A stretch of DNA of 63,997 nt, filler included, from Octopus bimaculoides (Eukaryota), in NCBI RefSeq assembly GCF_001194135.2. It is 8 parts of 6 records of this genome, joined end to end, with 100 filler letters (N's around TTAATTAATTAA, not from the genome) between each part and the next. Parts side by side here need not be neighbours in the genome. Positions count along the whole stretch, not along the records: positions 60,156 to 63,997 come from NC_068986.1; 7 more parts are not named here. One strand, written 5' to 3'. The notes below the pieces were generated by a model. That model saw only the letters and a program-made list of their open reading frames with translations, was not told the origin of the DNA and ran no database searches. Shown here piece by piece: positions 63,153 through 63,997 of this stretch (position 1 is the stretch's first letter; each line of letters opens with the position of its first letter). The translations under genes and the position numbers were made by a program.

Positions 63153-63656
63153 ATATTGTACAACTGAAACTCAAGTGCCTTTTTGGTCAACTGAAGGCGG
63201 CTTTGACACAAACGTGACAGACGCGCATGTCAAACCCAAATCGTCAGTGATAATGGACTGAACTGAACCGTAACTAATTTGCACATCCTCTGATAACTCA
63301 TGGATGGTGATTCGACGATTTCCCCTCATAGCTGCACGCACATCTGCGAAGTTTTTCTCACTTCTGCGGGTTGCGGATCTCCCAGAACGTTCTTCAATAT
63401 CGACAGTTTTTCAGCTATCTTCGAAATATCTGAACCACTCGTACACTTGTGTGCGGTTCTTACACTCCTCTCTATACACTTTCTGCAATTCTGCAATTTT
63501 GCGTAGGTCTCTGAGCAGGTATGGGCAGGACAGCTTTCTCTGTCATGGTCAATGCGACGATCACACACTACACACATTCCTCCCAAGTACTGCAGTAAAC
63601 AGTGGAAGTAAGCTAGAATGTTAAAACTTAGTGAGCTTGCAAAGCAAAGTTCAAGG

Positions 63657-63660
<4 letters not shown>
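63153..63660 (-). mobile_element. Mariner 5' half of the same family, inverted
   Basis: The subterminal region is homologous to 62945-63085. Motifs QVYEWFRYFED, ERSGRSAT, NRRITIHEL and DDLGL are present. Its TIR is replaced by (TAT)n. Confidence 0.85.
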
Positions 63661-63709
<49 letters not shown>

Positions 63710-63712
63710 GAT

Positions 63713-63923
63713 GGCGGCGAGCTAACAGAATCGTTAGCACGCCGGGCAAAATGCTTAGCGGTATTTCACCTGTCGCTACGTTCTAAGTTCAAATTCAACC
63801 GAGGTCGACTTCGCCTTTCATCCTTTCGGGGTCGATAAATTAAGTACCAGTTAAGTACTGTGGTCGATGTTATCGACTTACCCCTCCCACCAAATTTCAG
63901 GCCGTGTGCCTTCAGTAGAAAGG
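63713..63923 (+). mobile_element. Meta-like tRNA SINE embedded in (TAT)n
   Basis: Full-length alignment to 21833-22046, with (TAT)n on both flanks. Confidence 0.92.
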
Positions 63924-63936
63924 GTTATTATTATTA

Positions 63937-63997
<61 letters not shown>

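Overview
AT-rich, microsatellite-dense eukaryotic DNA with many N gaps, made almost entirely of transposable-element debris. The SINE families and repeat style suggest a cephalopod, probably Octopus (inference). I found no host protein-coding exon I can support; most ORF-track entries are (TA)n, (CA)n or trinucleotide translations, or gap read-through. Recognisable DNA elements: two copies of a Tc1 transposon with DD36E spacing, several mariner derivatives (one with an internal inversion plus deletion, one pair of convergent 5' halves), a Tigger/pogo remnant, two non-autonomous Helitrons and several MITE or fold-back palindromes. Recognisable retroelements: a near-complete but disrupted Penelope-like element (RT + GIY-YIG, Naiad-like) interrupted by a young RTE LINE, R4/Dong-like LINE pieces inside (TAA)n arrays, a HERO-like RLE fragment, and at least four modular tRNA-derived SINE families. 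The most interesting signals are the hammerhead-ribozyme-like motifs enclosed in stems (9364-9487 and 13341-13405), the long fold-back elements, the DD36E Tc1 family and the mix-and-match SINE architecture. Seven 100-bp gaps containing TTAATTAATTAA and one 175-bp duplication across a 10-N gap are assembly artefacts.
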